Source of the DNA: Flavobacterium sp.
GTDB lineage: Bacteria; Bacteroidota; Bacteroidia; Flavobacteriales; Flavobacteriaceae
Assembly: GCF_004295795.1 (NCBI RefSeq)
Contig: NZ_SEBR01000002.1
Span: 204,280 to 268,279, forward strand
Length of the DNA stretch: 64,000 bases
Reading direction: 5' to 3'
Position 1 is the stretch's first letter. Every line of letters starts with the position of its first letter. The notes below the pieces were generated by a model. The model searched no databases. It saw only the letters and a program-made list of their open reading frames with translations, and had not been told where the DNA came from. The translations under genes and the position numbers were made by a program. Shown one piece after another: positions 40,941 through 50,620 of this stretch.

Positions 40941-42317
40941 ATGGCACAAAAAACAGGCATACCCAAAGGCACGCGCGACTTTTCTCCGGAAGAAGTGGCC
41001 AAGCGTCAATACATCATGTCGATCATGCGCTCGAATTTCGAGAAATTCGGTTATCAACCCATCGAGACGCCGTCTTTCGAGAATTCCGAGACTTTGATGG
41101 GCAAATATGGGGAAGAAGGCGATCGCTTGATTTTCAAGATATTGAATTCGGGAGATTATTTGGCCAAAGCCGATGAAAGTCATTTGTCGAACAAAGACAG
41201 TTTGCGACTCACCTCTTCAATCTCCGAAAAAGCCCTGCGTTACGACCTGACCGTGCCGTTCGCGAGATATGTCGTGCAACACCAAAACGATTTGCAGTTT
41301 CCGTTCAAGCGTTACCAAATCCAACCGGTTTGGCGTGCCGATCGTCCGCAGAAAGGCCGTTTCAGGGAGTTTTTCCAGTGCGATGCCGATGTCGTCGGAT
41401 CGGATTCGCTTTGGCAGGAAGTCGAACTCGTGCAATTGTACGATTCGGTTTTTGCCGAGTTAAGATTGGACGCAGCGACGATAAAAATCAACAACAGGAA
41501 AGTTTTGTCGGGCATCGCCGAGACGATAGGAGCGAAGGACAAACTCATCGATTTCACGGTGGCTTTGGACAAACTCGACAAAATCGGTGCCGACGGTGTG
41601 AAGACCGAAATGCTCGAGAAAGGAATATCGGCCGAAGCCATTGAAAAAGTACAACCGCTGTTTTCGTTTATGGGAAGCGTCGATGAAAAACTCGAAAAAT
41701 TGTCAGTTTTGCTGTCTGAATCCGAAGAAGGAAAAAAAGGGATCGCCGAATTGCGTTTCATCTGTGACAACGTGAAAGCTTTGGGATTAAAAGGTTCTGT
41801 TTTGGATCTGGACGTGACTTTGGCGCGCGGCCTCAATTATTACACCGGTGCGATTTTCGAGGTCTCGGCTGCAAACGTTGCAATGGGATCGATTGGCGGC
41901 GGCGGACGCTACGACGATCTGACGGGAATCTTCGGGCTCAAGAATATGAGTGGCGTAGGGATTTCTTTCGGACTGGACAGGATTTATCTCGTTCTCGAAG
42001 AACTGGGACTTTTCCCGGAAACGGTCACATCGGCTCCGACCGCACTTTTCCTCAACCTCGGAGAAGGTGAAGCTTTGTTCGCGATGCAGGCCGTGACTGA
42101 ACTCCGCAACGCCAACATTCGCGTGGAAATGTATCCGGACAAGGCCAAATTCGACAAGCAGTTCAAGTTTGCCGAAAAACGCAATATTCCGTTCGTCGTG
42201 ACAGTTGGCGAACAGGAATTGATCGATGGGAATTATTCGGTCAAGAATTTGATCAGTGGCCAAAAATCTACGGTTTCCTTACGCGAATTGAAGGAACTTT
42301 TTTTGGAGATTTTTTGA
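40941..42317 (+). CDS. hisS: Histidine--tRNA ligase
   Basis: [42 protein letters not shown]. Confidence 0.98.
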   Translation: MAQKTGIPKGTRDFSPEEVAKRQYIMSIMRSNFEKFGYQPIETPSFENSETLMGKYGEEGDRLIFKILNSGDYLAKADESHLSNKDSLRLTSSISEKALRYDLTVPFARYVVQHQNDLQFPFKRYQIQPVWRADRPQKGRFREFFQCDADVVGSDSLWQEVELVQLYDSVFAELRLDAATIKINNRKVLSGIAETIGAKDKLIDFTVALDKLDKIGADGVKTEMLEKGISAEAIEKVQPLFSFMGSVDEKLEKLSVLLSESEEGKKGIAELRFICDNVKALGLKGSVLDLDVTLARGLNYYTGAIFEVSAANVAMGSIGGGGRYDDLTGIFGLKNMSGVGISFGLDRIYLVLEELGLFPETVTSAPTALFLNLGEGEALFAMQAVTELRNANIRVEMYPDKAKFDKQFKFAEKRNIPFVVTVGEQELIDGNYSVKNLISGQKSTVSLRELKELFLEIF

Positions 42318-42394
42318 GGGATGTTGTGAGCGATTTTCGAACAGCTACTAGTCAAATCGAGTTATCAGTATAAAATAAAAATCTTGCAGATTAC

Positions 42395-42424
42395 TTGGTA
42401 TATTACAAATAGTTATTATATTTG
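42395..42424 (+). promoter_or_regulatory. Promoter of the small-RNA/NYN unit
   Basis: TTG (42395-42397), 19-nt spacer, TATATTTG (42417-42424). Confidence 0.75.
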
Positions 42425-42429
42425 CACTC

Positions 42430-42488
42430 ATAACGCCACCCCGTAGTCTCTGTACTGCGGACCTGCTCCTTCTGGGAGCATTTTTTTT
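42430..42488 (+). ncRNA. Candidate ~55-nt small RNA or attenuator (two hairpins, second a terminator)
   Basis: CCGTAGT-CTCTGT-ACTGCGG (42441-42460) and TGCTCC-TTCTG-GGAGCA-T8 (42464-42488), between the promoter and the NYN start; 5' end approximate. Confidence 0.55.
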
Positions 42489-42498
42489 ATGCTAGATT

Positions 42499-43173
42499 AT
42501 GGAACAACCAATACCTCCTAAAAAAGTTGTCTTCTATTTCGATGGCTTTAATTTCTATCACGGATTCAAAGCCTACACGTTAATCAACGATGAATGGAAA
42601 AACTATTATTGGTTAGACTTTGGGAAATTTTGCTCGCAATTTGTTAATGAAGATGACAATCAGAAATTACATAAGGTTAGATATTTTACAGCGCCTCCGA
42701 AGAACGTACAAAAACGAAGTAAGCAAAGCGCTTTGTTCTCAGCAAATACTATTTTAAATGGAGATTTGTTTGAGGTCATCAATGGACACTACTCGGATAA
42801 ATTTATCGACTGTCATGCAACTTGCAAAGAGCGATTTATGGTGCCAGAAGAAAAGTGTACAGATGTAAACTTAGCCTTGGCAATGATAAATGATTGCATC
42901 GAAGGAAATGTAGATGTTATAACTTTGATTACTGCGGACAGCGACCAGGTTTCAACAATCAAATATATCAAGGAGAAATTTCCTAAAATAAAAATAAAAG
43001 TATATTTTCCACCAGAAAGGAAATCGAATGAAATACGTCATCTCATGAAAACGGTTGTATTTTTGGAAAACCACGAAGACAAGTTCAAAAATGCAAAAAT
43101 GTCAGGTACGGTAACTGGTGACATAAAAGGAAAACAAAAAAACTACACTCGCCCTGAAGAGTGGAAAAAGTAG
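42499..43173 (+). CDS. NYN/LabA-DUF88 (PIN-like) ribonuclease
   Basis: FYFDGFNFY, EEKCTDV, TADSD acidic motifs; visibly more AT-rich than its neighbours. Confidence 0.9.
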   Translation: MEQPIPPKKVVFYFDGFNFYHGFKAYTLINDEWKNYYWLDFGKFCSQFVNEDDNQKLHKVRYFTAPPKNVQKRSKQSALFSANTILNGDLFEVINGHYSDKFIDCHATCKERFMVPEEKCTDVNLALAMINDCIEGNVDVITLITADSDQVSTIKYIKEKFPKIKIKVYFPPERKSNEIRHLMKTVVFLENHEDKFKNAKMSGTVTGDIKGKQKNYTRPEEWKK

Positions 43174-43199
43174 TCCTGTTTTGAATAAAAAATGAAACT

Positions 43200-43311
43200 G
43201 CCGCTAATCGCCATCGCTGGTTCACGGTTAATAGAACCAACTTTTTACATAACTTCGGTTTTGTTCGGCAGATAGATTTCTCTCAGGAAGGCCTCGACGG
43301 CGTTTAGCGGC
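43200..43311. repeat. 112-bp element with 17-bp imperfect terminal inverted repeats
   Basis: GCCGCTAATCGCCATCG (43200-43216) pairs 15/17 with CGACGGCGTTTAGCGGC (43295-43311); internal stem 43218-43239. Confidence 0.7.
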
Positions 43312-43317
43312 CTCACG

Positions 43318-43477
43318 TTATGAGTTACGAGTTATGAGAATTAAGCTACTAGTTTACTCCTGCCGACTCAATACTCTATATTCGTCATTCCGCACTAGAT
43401 ACTCAATGCTCAAAACTCACCACTCGATACTCATTACTCAACACTCATTACTCAACACTCATCACTCTTTACTCATA
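43318..43477. repeat. Head-to-head heptamer arrays
   Basis: TTATGAG TTACGAG TTATGAG (43318-43338) and eleven ACTCNNN units (43401-43477), reverse-complement related. Confidence 0.85.
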
Positions 43478-43487
43478 ACCAGAAATA

Positions 43488-43515
43488 GAAAAGCCTCTCG
43501 AATCAAGAGGCTTTT
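43488..43515. terminator. Bidirectional terminator
   Basis: GAAAAGCCTCT-CGAATCA-AGAGGCTTTTC. Confidence 0.8.
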
Positions 43516-43561
43516 CTGTTTTGGGGAAAAAGGGTAAAATAGTGGGTGTTCTTTTTGTTCG

Positions 43562-46500
43562 TTATTTGATTACGACTTTTTGCGTCATCAGGCCGCCGGT
43601 TGTCTCGATTTTCACGAGGTACGTTCCGGCGCTAACGTTTTTGAGCTTGATCTGGATGTTGTCCTGATCCTGGCTTTCGACGTCGTACGAATTCACGCTT
43701 TGTCCCAACATGTTCATCAACGTGGCTTTTTTGACCGTCATGTCGTCGAACATATTTCGGATCGAAAGCACTGAGGTTTTCTCGTCATAAGCGATCTTGA
43801 GGTTTGCGCTCGCCGTTTTCTCGTCCGCTTTGAGCAATTGGGCTTGCTGCAGGAATCTCAGATAGAATCGGCCTTCGTGCGTTCCCGCCGGAAGGTTCAG
43901 CGCAAAACTCTCGTCTCTGAGGTCGTGGTACAATCCGGTTTGGTTGTCAAAGATATAGATTGGTTGGTCTGCGTCGAAATTCTCGGTTCCGTCAAGGCTG
44001 AATTTGACGTTTCCGGCTGCGGCCGCTTTCACTTCCAACGGATAACTGCTCGTCGCATCGAAGTAGCCGTCGCCTTGGATAATAGCTCTGTGATCGCCGA
44101 TTCGGAACACCATTTCGTCCGGGTTCGAATCGTAGTTGTCGGCATCGTATCCGAAATCAAAATCCGGAGTCGCCAAGTCATCCATGAATCCGATCAAAAC
44201 CTGACGGTGGTAGCCATTGGCATAATCGTATCCGATCCTGATTTTTGGATAAGCGACTTCTGATGGAATCGCGTCTTCCGCATTGCTGTTGTCGCCAACT
44301 GGAGCATTGCCCGACGGTCTGAACATCGCATAAGAAAGCGCATTGTCTTCTTTGATAAAAGCGCGTTGCGTGTTCTTGAACCTGATCGTTCCGCCAGTCG
44401 CAGTCGCAGTCACGAAGAAACCTTGTCCCACCGGAATGTAGCGTTTTGGCGTTCTGGTACTCGATCCTAGGCCACTCGCGTCCGGATGCGCTACCGGAGG
44501 CGTTCCTCCAACCAAAGTGTAAGTTGCATAACCGCCTTGGTAGAAAGCCGTGACGTGCGTCGTGTTAGTTCCGAAGTGTTCCCAGAAATGGATCGCTCCG
44601 TTGATTACACCGGCGTTGTCGGTAATGAAGGCATTTGCGTCCATGGCCGATGCGTATGGGTTACCGGCGAGGTTGAGCATGTTAGGTGCGATCGGCAAAG
44701 TGATCAATCCGTTGTAAGGTTTTCCCCTGAACGTGAAATTCTGGCTTTCCGAAGGAGCGTTGCTGCCTTTGAGCGTGTAACCCTGACCCGGAGTCAATTG
44801 GCCGTTTTGTCCAACCGCAACCCAGTTCGCATAATTGTTCGAGGTGTTCTGGAATTTGTAGATCCAATAACTGCTCAATGTGATTGGGCTCGTGGCCGAT
44901 GAATTTACGCCTGTCGTCCAGTTCATGTTGAGTGGATTGGCCGCGTTCGTTCCGTCTTTCATCACACCCGAAACCGTGTAATTGTTGTTGTTCGTGGCGG
45001 CATTTATCGCGCCTACCGGAGAAGACCAATAGTTGTAATTGAACCTGTTGGTCGTTCCTTGCTGGTCTTTTTCCAAATAACCTGCGCTCGTGGCATCCAA
45101 ATCGCTGAACTCGCCCTGAACCAATTGGGACTTGCCCTGAAGATCGAGGATTCCGTCGAGCTTGAGCCACCAATTGTTCTCGAGTTTGTTGTTATTGTTG
45201 AGGTTGACGCGCACGCCAGGAAGGATTCTCATACCCAAACCGGTAGTGTTTTGCGTGAGGTTGATGTTGTGGCGCACGTCGACTATAGAATAATTGTAGG
45301 TGTAAATGTCGGCTCCGTTCACGAAATTGTTTTGGCTTACCGCCGTTTCGATGCTCGAAGACTGCGTGGTCACAAAAGGCATCGGAGCCAATTGGTAGCG
45401 GATGTTCTTGACGTTGTAGATTCTCGCCAATGACGTGCTTGAACCCGCGTCGATCGCCGTCGTGATATGGTTGTCGATCACGTCGTCCTTGAAATTGTCC
45501 ATGCGGTAATAGGCAAGAACCGATGGCCAGGAAGTTCCTTCGACGTTCTTCGGAACGAATTCACCGCGAATCGCGCCCGCATTTTCACGAATTTCCTGAT
45601 AGACCATTTTCTGGAGCTGATCTGGCGTAAGCGTGACATTGAAAGCGCGTACTTCTTCTACAGATCCGTTGAAGAAATTGGCACTCGAGGCCGCATTTTT
45701 GGCGATCGTGAATTTGTTTGTGCTCGCAGCCAAAGCGCCAGATAGCGTTGCGTTAGACGATGCCGCCGAAACCGCAACCTGCGTTCCGTTCAGGTACAGT
45801 CGCAACTGTTGGGACGATTGTGTTCCGTCGAAAGTTGCCGCTACGTGATACCAACGGTTTGGTTGCAACACGTTTGTCGATCCGCCGGAAACTGTGACGC
45901 CTTTGGCCACGGTGCGCAGTTGCATGTTTGCCGGGATTCTTATCATGAAATTTTCCTGTCCGAAGACGATCGCATCCGAAGCATAGCCGGAAGGAATCTT
46001 GATCCAACCCATAATCGTCGACTGAGGAAGCGAACTCAGGATTTGGGAACCTTCGGCATAATCGTTTCGTCCGTCAAAATCGATGTACAACTTGCGCTCG
46101 AGATTTCTTGGCGAGCCCAAAGCCGTGACCGTCGTGTCGAAATTGTCGAGAATTCCGTCTTTGTCGACGTCTGTGTTTCCGTCGATTCTTCCGTCGTTGT
46201 TCGTATCGAGATTCGCATACAAACTGCCTGCGATGTCAAAAACGCCGTCGCTGTTCGAATCGAGTTGCATGTAATCAGGGTTTCCGGCTCCGTCAGTATT
46301 GGCTGCGAACGGACGCACTTGTGTTCCCCAACCAACGAATGTGTCGAACTTGTCGAGGATTCCGTCTTTGTCAGTATCGATTCCGTCTCCAAGACCGTCT
46401 CCGTTGACGTCTCCGTCTCCGTTGGAAAGTCCTGATTCGTCCACGTCGAACAAACTGTCGTTGTCGCTGTCAAGATCCTGGAAGTTGCGCACTCCGTCAC

Positions 46501-49500
46501 CGTCCGTGTCAGGCAAATTGTATGTTCCGTTTGCGATCATCGCGTCGATCGTGTCGTGAAGACCGTTTCCGTTCGCATCGACCCAAACTCCGGCTGTGAG
46601 ATCCATTCTTCCAAGTCCGCCGCTAAGGCTTGCGAAACCGGCTTCTTCGATGTCTGGAATTCCGTCGTTGTCAGAATCCAAATCGAAAACGTTGGCAACT
46701 CCGTCAGAATCGCGGTCACAATAGGTTTGCTTGATCACGATGTCGTCGAGCGCAAGGTCGTTTCCGTTTCCGCCCGGAGCGTTGTTTTTGAATCTGATGA
46801 TGAACGAAGTCACGTTCCCGAGGTTGACACTCGTCGAATATTGTCTCCATTGGCTGTCAGTGCAGCTATTGTCGCCGGTTCCGCTGGTTCCGCAACGCCC
46901 GATGTCGCCCGTGTTGTAACTTGTGATAAGCGTTCCTGTCGTTGTAAGGAATTCTACGGTGATGTTCGGTTTGATCGTTCCGTTGTAAACGCTTGAAGAA
47001 AGAATGTTCAGCGCCCAAAAACTGTAGGCGATCGGCACATTTGGCATGACACCTTGAATGGTCGTCTCGTAGAAAGTTCCGGGAGCGAAACTCGCGTTGA
47101 AAACCGCCATACGCCCGAAGGTGTCGCCTGGCGTGTGATCTTCAAATCCGTTCCAGGCCAAATCGTAGTGGATGTTGTCCGGATGTCCGTAAGTCGTATT
47201 GGCAATCCTGTGTACGACGACATATTCGCCATCGTCAAGAACCGTGCTCGATTGGTAAGGACAAGCCGTAGTGTTGGCTTGCACGATTCCGTCCTCATAA
47301 CAATAAGTGGAAGTCGCACCTGGAATGTTGATGTTGATCAAGCCTTTAGTAGTTCCGGCTCCAAAAGTCTCATTGAGAAACACGTGTTCGTAAACCGAAG
47401 AAAGAGGCGAAAGTTGGCAGTTCGACTGATCGAGCGTGTCGATGATCCCGTCGTTGTCGTCATCGATGTCGATGTTGTCGGTAATTCCGTCGCCGTCAGT
47501 ATCCGGATACGTTCTTACACCAAGTCCCGTAAGGTTGAAATTGTATGGATTTTCATCGAAATCGTCGTTTACGATAAACATCGTGGCGTTCTTGATTCCG
47601 ATTGTTGTCGGATTGAAACTCACCTGAAAACTTGCGGATGCGCCTTGTGCAATCGATGCCGGCGGCGCTGCTGCGATAGAGTAGTTGGCTGCTGCGGCTC
47701 CGGAAAACGAGATCGCTCCGATGTTCAAAGGTCCGACGCCTGTGTTCGTAATCACGAATGTCGTAATGGCGGCACCTCCGTCGATGTTTACCGATCCGAA
47801 ATCTGTGTTGTCGGAAACCGAAGTTGTCGTAGTTCCGTCAGCAATCGCTACGGAATTTCCTGTCACGCCCATTTCCGGATCGTTTCCTGTTCCCACAATC
47901 GCGAAATCGTATGGATTTTCGTTCGGATCGTCATTCGGAATCACGACAGTCGCATTTCTTGCGCCGGTAGCCGACGGATCGAAGGCAATGGTGAAGTTTA
48001 CAGTCGCATTGACCGCAAGCGTCGTAACAGTCGGTTGAGTCACCGTAAAATCGCCAGCTGCCGCGCCAATGACGGTAATTGTTCCGATGTTAAGAGGCAT
48101 TGAACCGACCGATGTGTTGGCGATCGTGAAGGTCTTCGTAAGCATTCCTCCGTTGAGCAAAGTCGCCCCAAAGTTGGTATTGTCGGTCGTGCTTGGCGTC
48201 GTGTCTCCGTCAACGATGCTGTTTCCGTTTCCTAGCACGTCGATTTCCGGAGCCGTTCCGGTTCCCGAAAGCGCGAAAGTGTAAACACTGGTTATGTCGT
48301 CGCTGTTGATGGTGATGATCGCTGTCTGGTTTCCGGCCGAAGTCGGATCGAAAGTCACCGTGAAAGGAGTGGAGTTTCCTACTGGAATTGTCGTGTTGGC
48401 CGTGAATCCGCTTATCGTGAATTGTGCATTTGACGAAGTGACGCTCGAAACCGTAAGTGGATAACTTGCTCCGGTTAGGTTGTGTATGAGAAAAGTCTGG
48501 GTTGAATTCGCTGTGCCGGCGGCCGCAACCGTTCCCATGTTCGTTCCTGTGGCGGTTGAAGTTCCTGTCGTTCCCGTCGCGATCGTGTTTCCGTTTCCTC
48601 TTACGCTGATATCGGCATCGCCACCAGTTCCTCTAAGGTTGAAGTTGTAAGGGTTGTTGTCTGCATCGTTCGTGGCGAAATTGATCATCGCGTTTCTCGC
48701 ACCGACCGCGCTTGGGTTGAAAGTCACCGAGAAAATCTGGGACGCACCGCCGGCAATTGTGGCTGTGGTTGGCGTCACCGAAAAATCACCAGGATTCGTT
48801 CCCGAAAAAGTAACGCCGCTGACAGTAAGGCTGGAAGCATTCGTTGAATTCGATACGACGAATTGTTTTACGATTGTTCCCGTGGCGACGCTCATCGTTC
48901 CGAAGTCAGTGTTGTCTGAGGTGGAAATGGCTGTGTTTCCGTCGGCGATGAAAATCGAGTTTCCGGTGACGCTCATATCTGAGCCCGTTCCTGTTCCGCG
49001 AATGGCGAAAATATAAGGATTCTCGTCCGGGTCGTTGCTTGTGATCGTAACGATTGCCGATCGCGTTCCGTAATCCGAAGGATTGAACACGATGGTAAGC
49101 GTTTGAGTTGATGTGGCATTTATTGTGGCCGTTGGAGAAGCCGTGATCGTAAAGTCGGATGCGTTAGCGCCACCGATACTTACGGAGACCGACGAAAGTA
49201 CGATTCCGCCTGTGTTGTCGACTTGAAAATTCCTCGACTGCGTGCCCGAGACCACATTTATGGATCCGAAATCGGTGAAATCTGCCGTGGATGGCGTCAT
49301 GTCGTTATTCGCGATCGCCACGTTATTGCCGCGGACATTGATGTCCTGGTACCAGATTTTGATAAGTCCGTGTCCGCCTTGTCCGCCTTCGCGGTTGTTG
49401 TTTTGTCTTGATGCGCCGCCGCCACCGCCACCGGGTTGGGCACCGTTCGCGCCGTCTCCGTTTGTTGCGCTTCCTGAAATTCCCGCTCCGCCGTTTCCGC

Positions 49501-50071
49501 CGTTTGCGGGCGCTGTTGCACCAGTGGCGCTGTTGGCCGAGTTTCCGTCGGCACCGGAACCTGCAGAAGATCCGCCGCCGCCCGAGAAATAGCCTCCGAA
49601 GAAGGAGTTCGAAGAACCAGATCCGCTTCCGCCCGAATATTTGGCTGCTCCAAAAGAAGCTGCCGCCGATCCGCCCGTAGCGCCAGAATTGCTGTTGTTA
49701 GCCGCACTGTTTCCGCCTTTGGCCATGATGTTGTTGGCCGCGAGGAACCAAGTGTCTTGACCCGGATTGTTGTCGTTACTTCCCGCACCGACGCTGTAGT
49801 TGATTGTTTGACCCGGAGTTACGGTTATTGTTCTGAAGGCATACGCGCCTCCGCCTCCGCCTCCGGATTTTCCGCTGCTTCCGGTTCTGTCCCCGCCATG
49901 TCCGCCCGCGCCCCAGACCTGAACCTGGATTGAGGTGACGCCCGTCGGAACAGTAAACTGCCCAGTTCCCGGAGTGTCGATGATTTCTTGCTGTGCCTGA
50001 CCAACGAAGCCTACAAAAAGTAGGATAAGGGTCGAAAAAAGTTGTTTTTGTAGTCGCGTAATTTTATCCAT
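43562..50071 (-). CDS. ~2170-aa T9SS-secreted protein (Gly-rich N-domain, five choice-of-anchor-D-like Ig domains, TSP3-like Ca-binding repeats, LamG, type A CTD)
   Basis: Signal peptide MDKITRLQ...GQAQ; five xIxVxGN...DxTDFG units; DTDGDGITDNIDIDDDNDG repeats; WYHVAATFDG LamG motif; NMLGQ...YLVKI...KVVIK CTD. Alternative TTG start 50176. Confidence 0.9.
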   Translation of the reverse strand: MDKITRLQKQLFSTLILLFVGFVGQAQQEIIDTPGTGQFTVPTGVTSIQVQVWGAGGHGGDRTGSSGKSGGGGGGAYAFRTITVTPGQTINYSVGAGSNDNNPGQDTWFLAANNIMAKGGNSAANNSNSGATGGSAAASFGAAKYSGGSGSGSSNSFFGGYFSGGGGSSAGSGADGNSANSATGATAPANGGNGGAGISGSATNGDGANGAQPGGGGGGASRQNNNREGGQGGHGLIKIWYQDINVRGNNVAIANNDMTPSTADFTDFGSINVVSGTQSRNFQVDNTGGIVLSSVSVSIGGANASDFTITASPTATINATSTQTLTIVFNPSDYGTRSAIVTITSNDPDENPYIFAIRGTGTGSDMSVTGNSIFIADGNTAISTSDNTDFGTMSVATGTIVKQFVVSNSTNASSLTVSGVTFSGTNPGDFSVTPTTATIAGGASQIFSVTFNPSAVGARNAMINFATNDADNNPYNFNLRGTGGDADISVRGNGNTIATGTTGTSTATGTNMGTVAAAGTANSTQTFLIHNLTGASYPLTVSSVTSSNAQFTISGFTANTTIPVGNSTPFTVTFDPTSAGNQTAIITINSDDITSVYTFALSGTGTAPEIDVLGNGNSIVDGDTTPSTTDNTNFGATLLNGGMLTKTFTIANTSVGSMPLNIGTITVIGAAAGDFTVTQPTVTTLAVNATVNFTIAFDPSATGARNATVVIPNDDPNENPYDFAIVGTGNDPEMGVTGNSVAIADGTTTTSVSDNTDFGSVNIDGGAAITTFVITNTGVGPLNIGAISFSGAAAANYSIAAAPPASIAQGASASFQVSFNPTTIGIKNATMFIVNDDFDENPYNFNLTGLGVRTYPDTDGDGITDNIDIDDDNDGIIDTLDQSNCQLSPLSSVYEHVFLNETFGAGTTKGLININIPGATSTYCYEDGIVQANTTACPYQSSTVLDDGEYVVVHRIANTTYGHPDNIHYDLAWNGFEDHTPGDTFGRMAVFNASFAPGTFYETTIQGVMPNVPIAYSFWALNILSSSVYNGTIKPNITVEFLTTTGTLITSYNTGDIGRCGTSGTGDNSCTDSQWRQYSTSVNLGNVTSFIIRFKNNAPGGNGNDLALDDIVIKQTYCDRDSDGVANVFDLDSDNDGIPDIEEAGFASLSGGLGRMDLTAGVWVDANGNGLHDTIDAMIANGTYNLPDTDGDGVRNFQDLDSDNDSLFDVDESGLSNGDGDVNGDGLGDGIDTDKDGILDKFDTFVGWGTQVRPFAANTDGAGNPDYMQLDSNSDGVFDIAGSLYANLDTNNDGRIDGNTDVDKDGILDNFDTTVTALGSPRNLERKLYIDFDGRNDYAEGSQILSSLPQSTIMGWIKIPSGYASDAIVFGQENFMIRIPANMQLRTVAKGVTVSGGSTNVLQPNRWYHVAATFDGTQSSQQLRLYLNGTQVAVSAASSNATLSGALAASTNKFTIAKNAASSANFFNGSVEEVRAFNVTLTPDQLQKMVYQEIRENAGAIRGEFVPKNVEGTSWPSVLAYYRMDNFKDDVIDNHITTAIDAGSSTSLARIYNVKNIRYQLAPMPFVTTQSSSIETAVSQNNFVNGADIYTYNYSIVDVRHNINLTQNTTGLGMRILPGVRVNLNNNNKLENNWWLKLDGILDLQGKSQLVQGEFSDLDATSAGYLEKDQQGTTNRFNYNYWSSPVGAINAATNNNNYTVSGVMKDGTNAANPLNMNWTTGVNSSATSPITLSSYWIYKFQNTSNNYANWVAVGQNGQLTPGQGYTLKGSNAPSESQNFTFRGKPYNGLITLPIAPNMLNLAGNPYASAMDANAFITDNAGVINGAIHFWEHFGTNTTHVTAFYQGGYATYTLVGGTPPVAHPDASGLGSSTRTPKRYIPVGQGFFVTATATGGTIRFKNTQRAFIKEDNALSYAMFRPSGNAPVGDNSNAEDAIPSEVAYPKIRIGYDYANGYHRQVLIGFMDDLATPDFDFGYDADNYDSNPDEMVFRIGDHRAIIQGDGYFDATSSYPLEVKAAAAGNVKFSLDGTENFDADQPIYIFDNQTGLYHDLRDESFALNLPAGTHEGRFYLRFLQQAQLLKADEKTASANLKIAYDEKTSVLSIRNMFDDMTVKKATLMNMLGQSVNSYDVESQDQDNIQIKLKNVSAGTYLVKIETTGGLMTQKVVIK

Positions 50072-50452
50072 AACGCCTTTTGGTGTTTTGTCAAGTGTAG
50101 TGCGCCTGACGAGGTTAAGATTGTTTAGAATTGGTGTTGGTATGTTGTTATTGATATCCTGTTTAGGACGTGACAAAATTCGATCGTGGTACTAAACAAG
50201 TTTTGACGGTTCAAATGTAGAATTTCAGTTCAGAAAAAAAAACTTTTTAATCGATTAAATGCAATAAATATCGATGAAATGCACTTTAAAGTCCGTTTTG
50301 AGGGAATATGATTACAGATTTAAGCCGTTGAATGAGAATATACTGTTCGAAAATCACGGTTTGTAAGTAGCTAGCCGTCAGAGTCGTAGAAAATGTCGAA
50401 GCTCGATTTTGTGAGGAATTGGAAGTGTACTCGCCAACGCAGTTTGTAGGGC

Positions 50453-50488
50453 AAAAAAAATCCCGAACCTTTCTGGGTTCGGGATTTT
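50453..50488 (-). terminator. Terminator downstream of the displaced tRNA 3' end
   Basis: A8-TCCCGAACC...GGTTCGGGA-TTTT. Confidence 0.8.
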
Positions 50489-50531
50489 GTAGCGAGGACG
50501 GGAGTTGAACCCGTGACCTCAGGGTTATGAA
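50487..50531 (-). repeat. att-like copy of the tRNA-Met 3' half (45-bp direct repeat)
   Basis: TTGTAGCGAGGACGGGAGTTGAACCCGTGACCTCAGGGTTATGAA identical to 52873-52917. Confidence 0.95.
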
Positions 50532-50620
50532 CTTACACGGGTGCAATTTCTCAACGTATTTGCTGGGCTTGCAAGCGGTAAATCTTGTCAAAAAATAGCA
50601 ATCGTATGCGGATTCGTATC

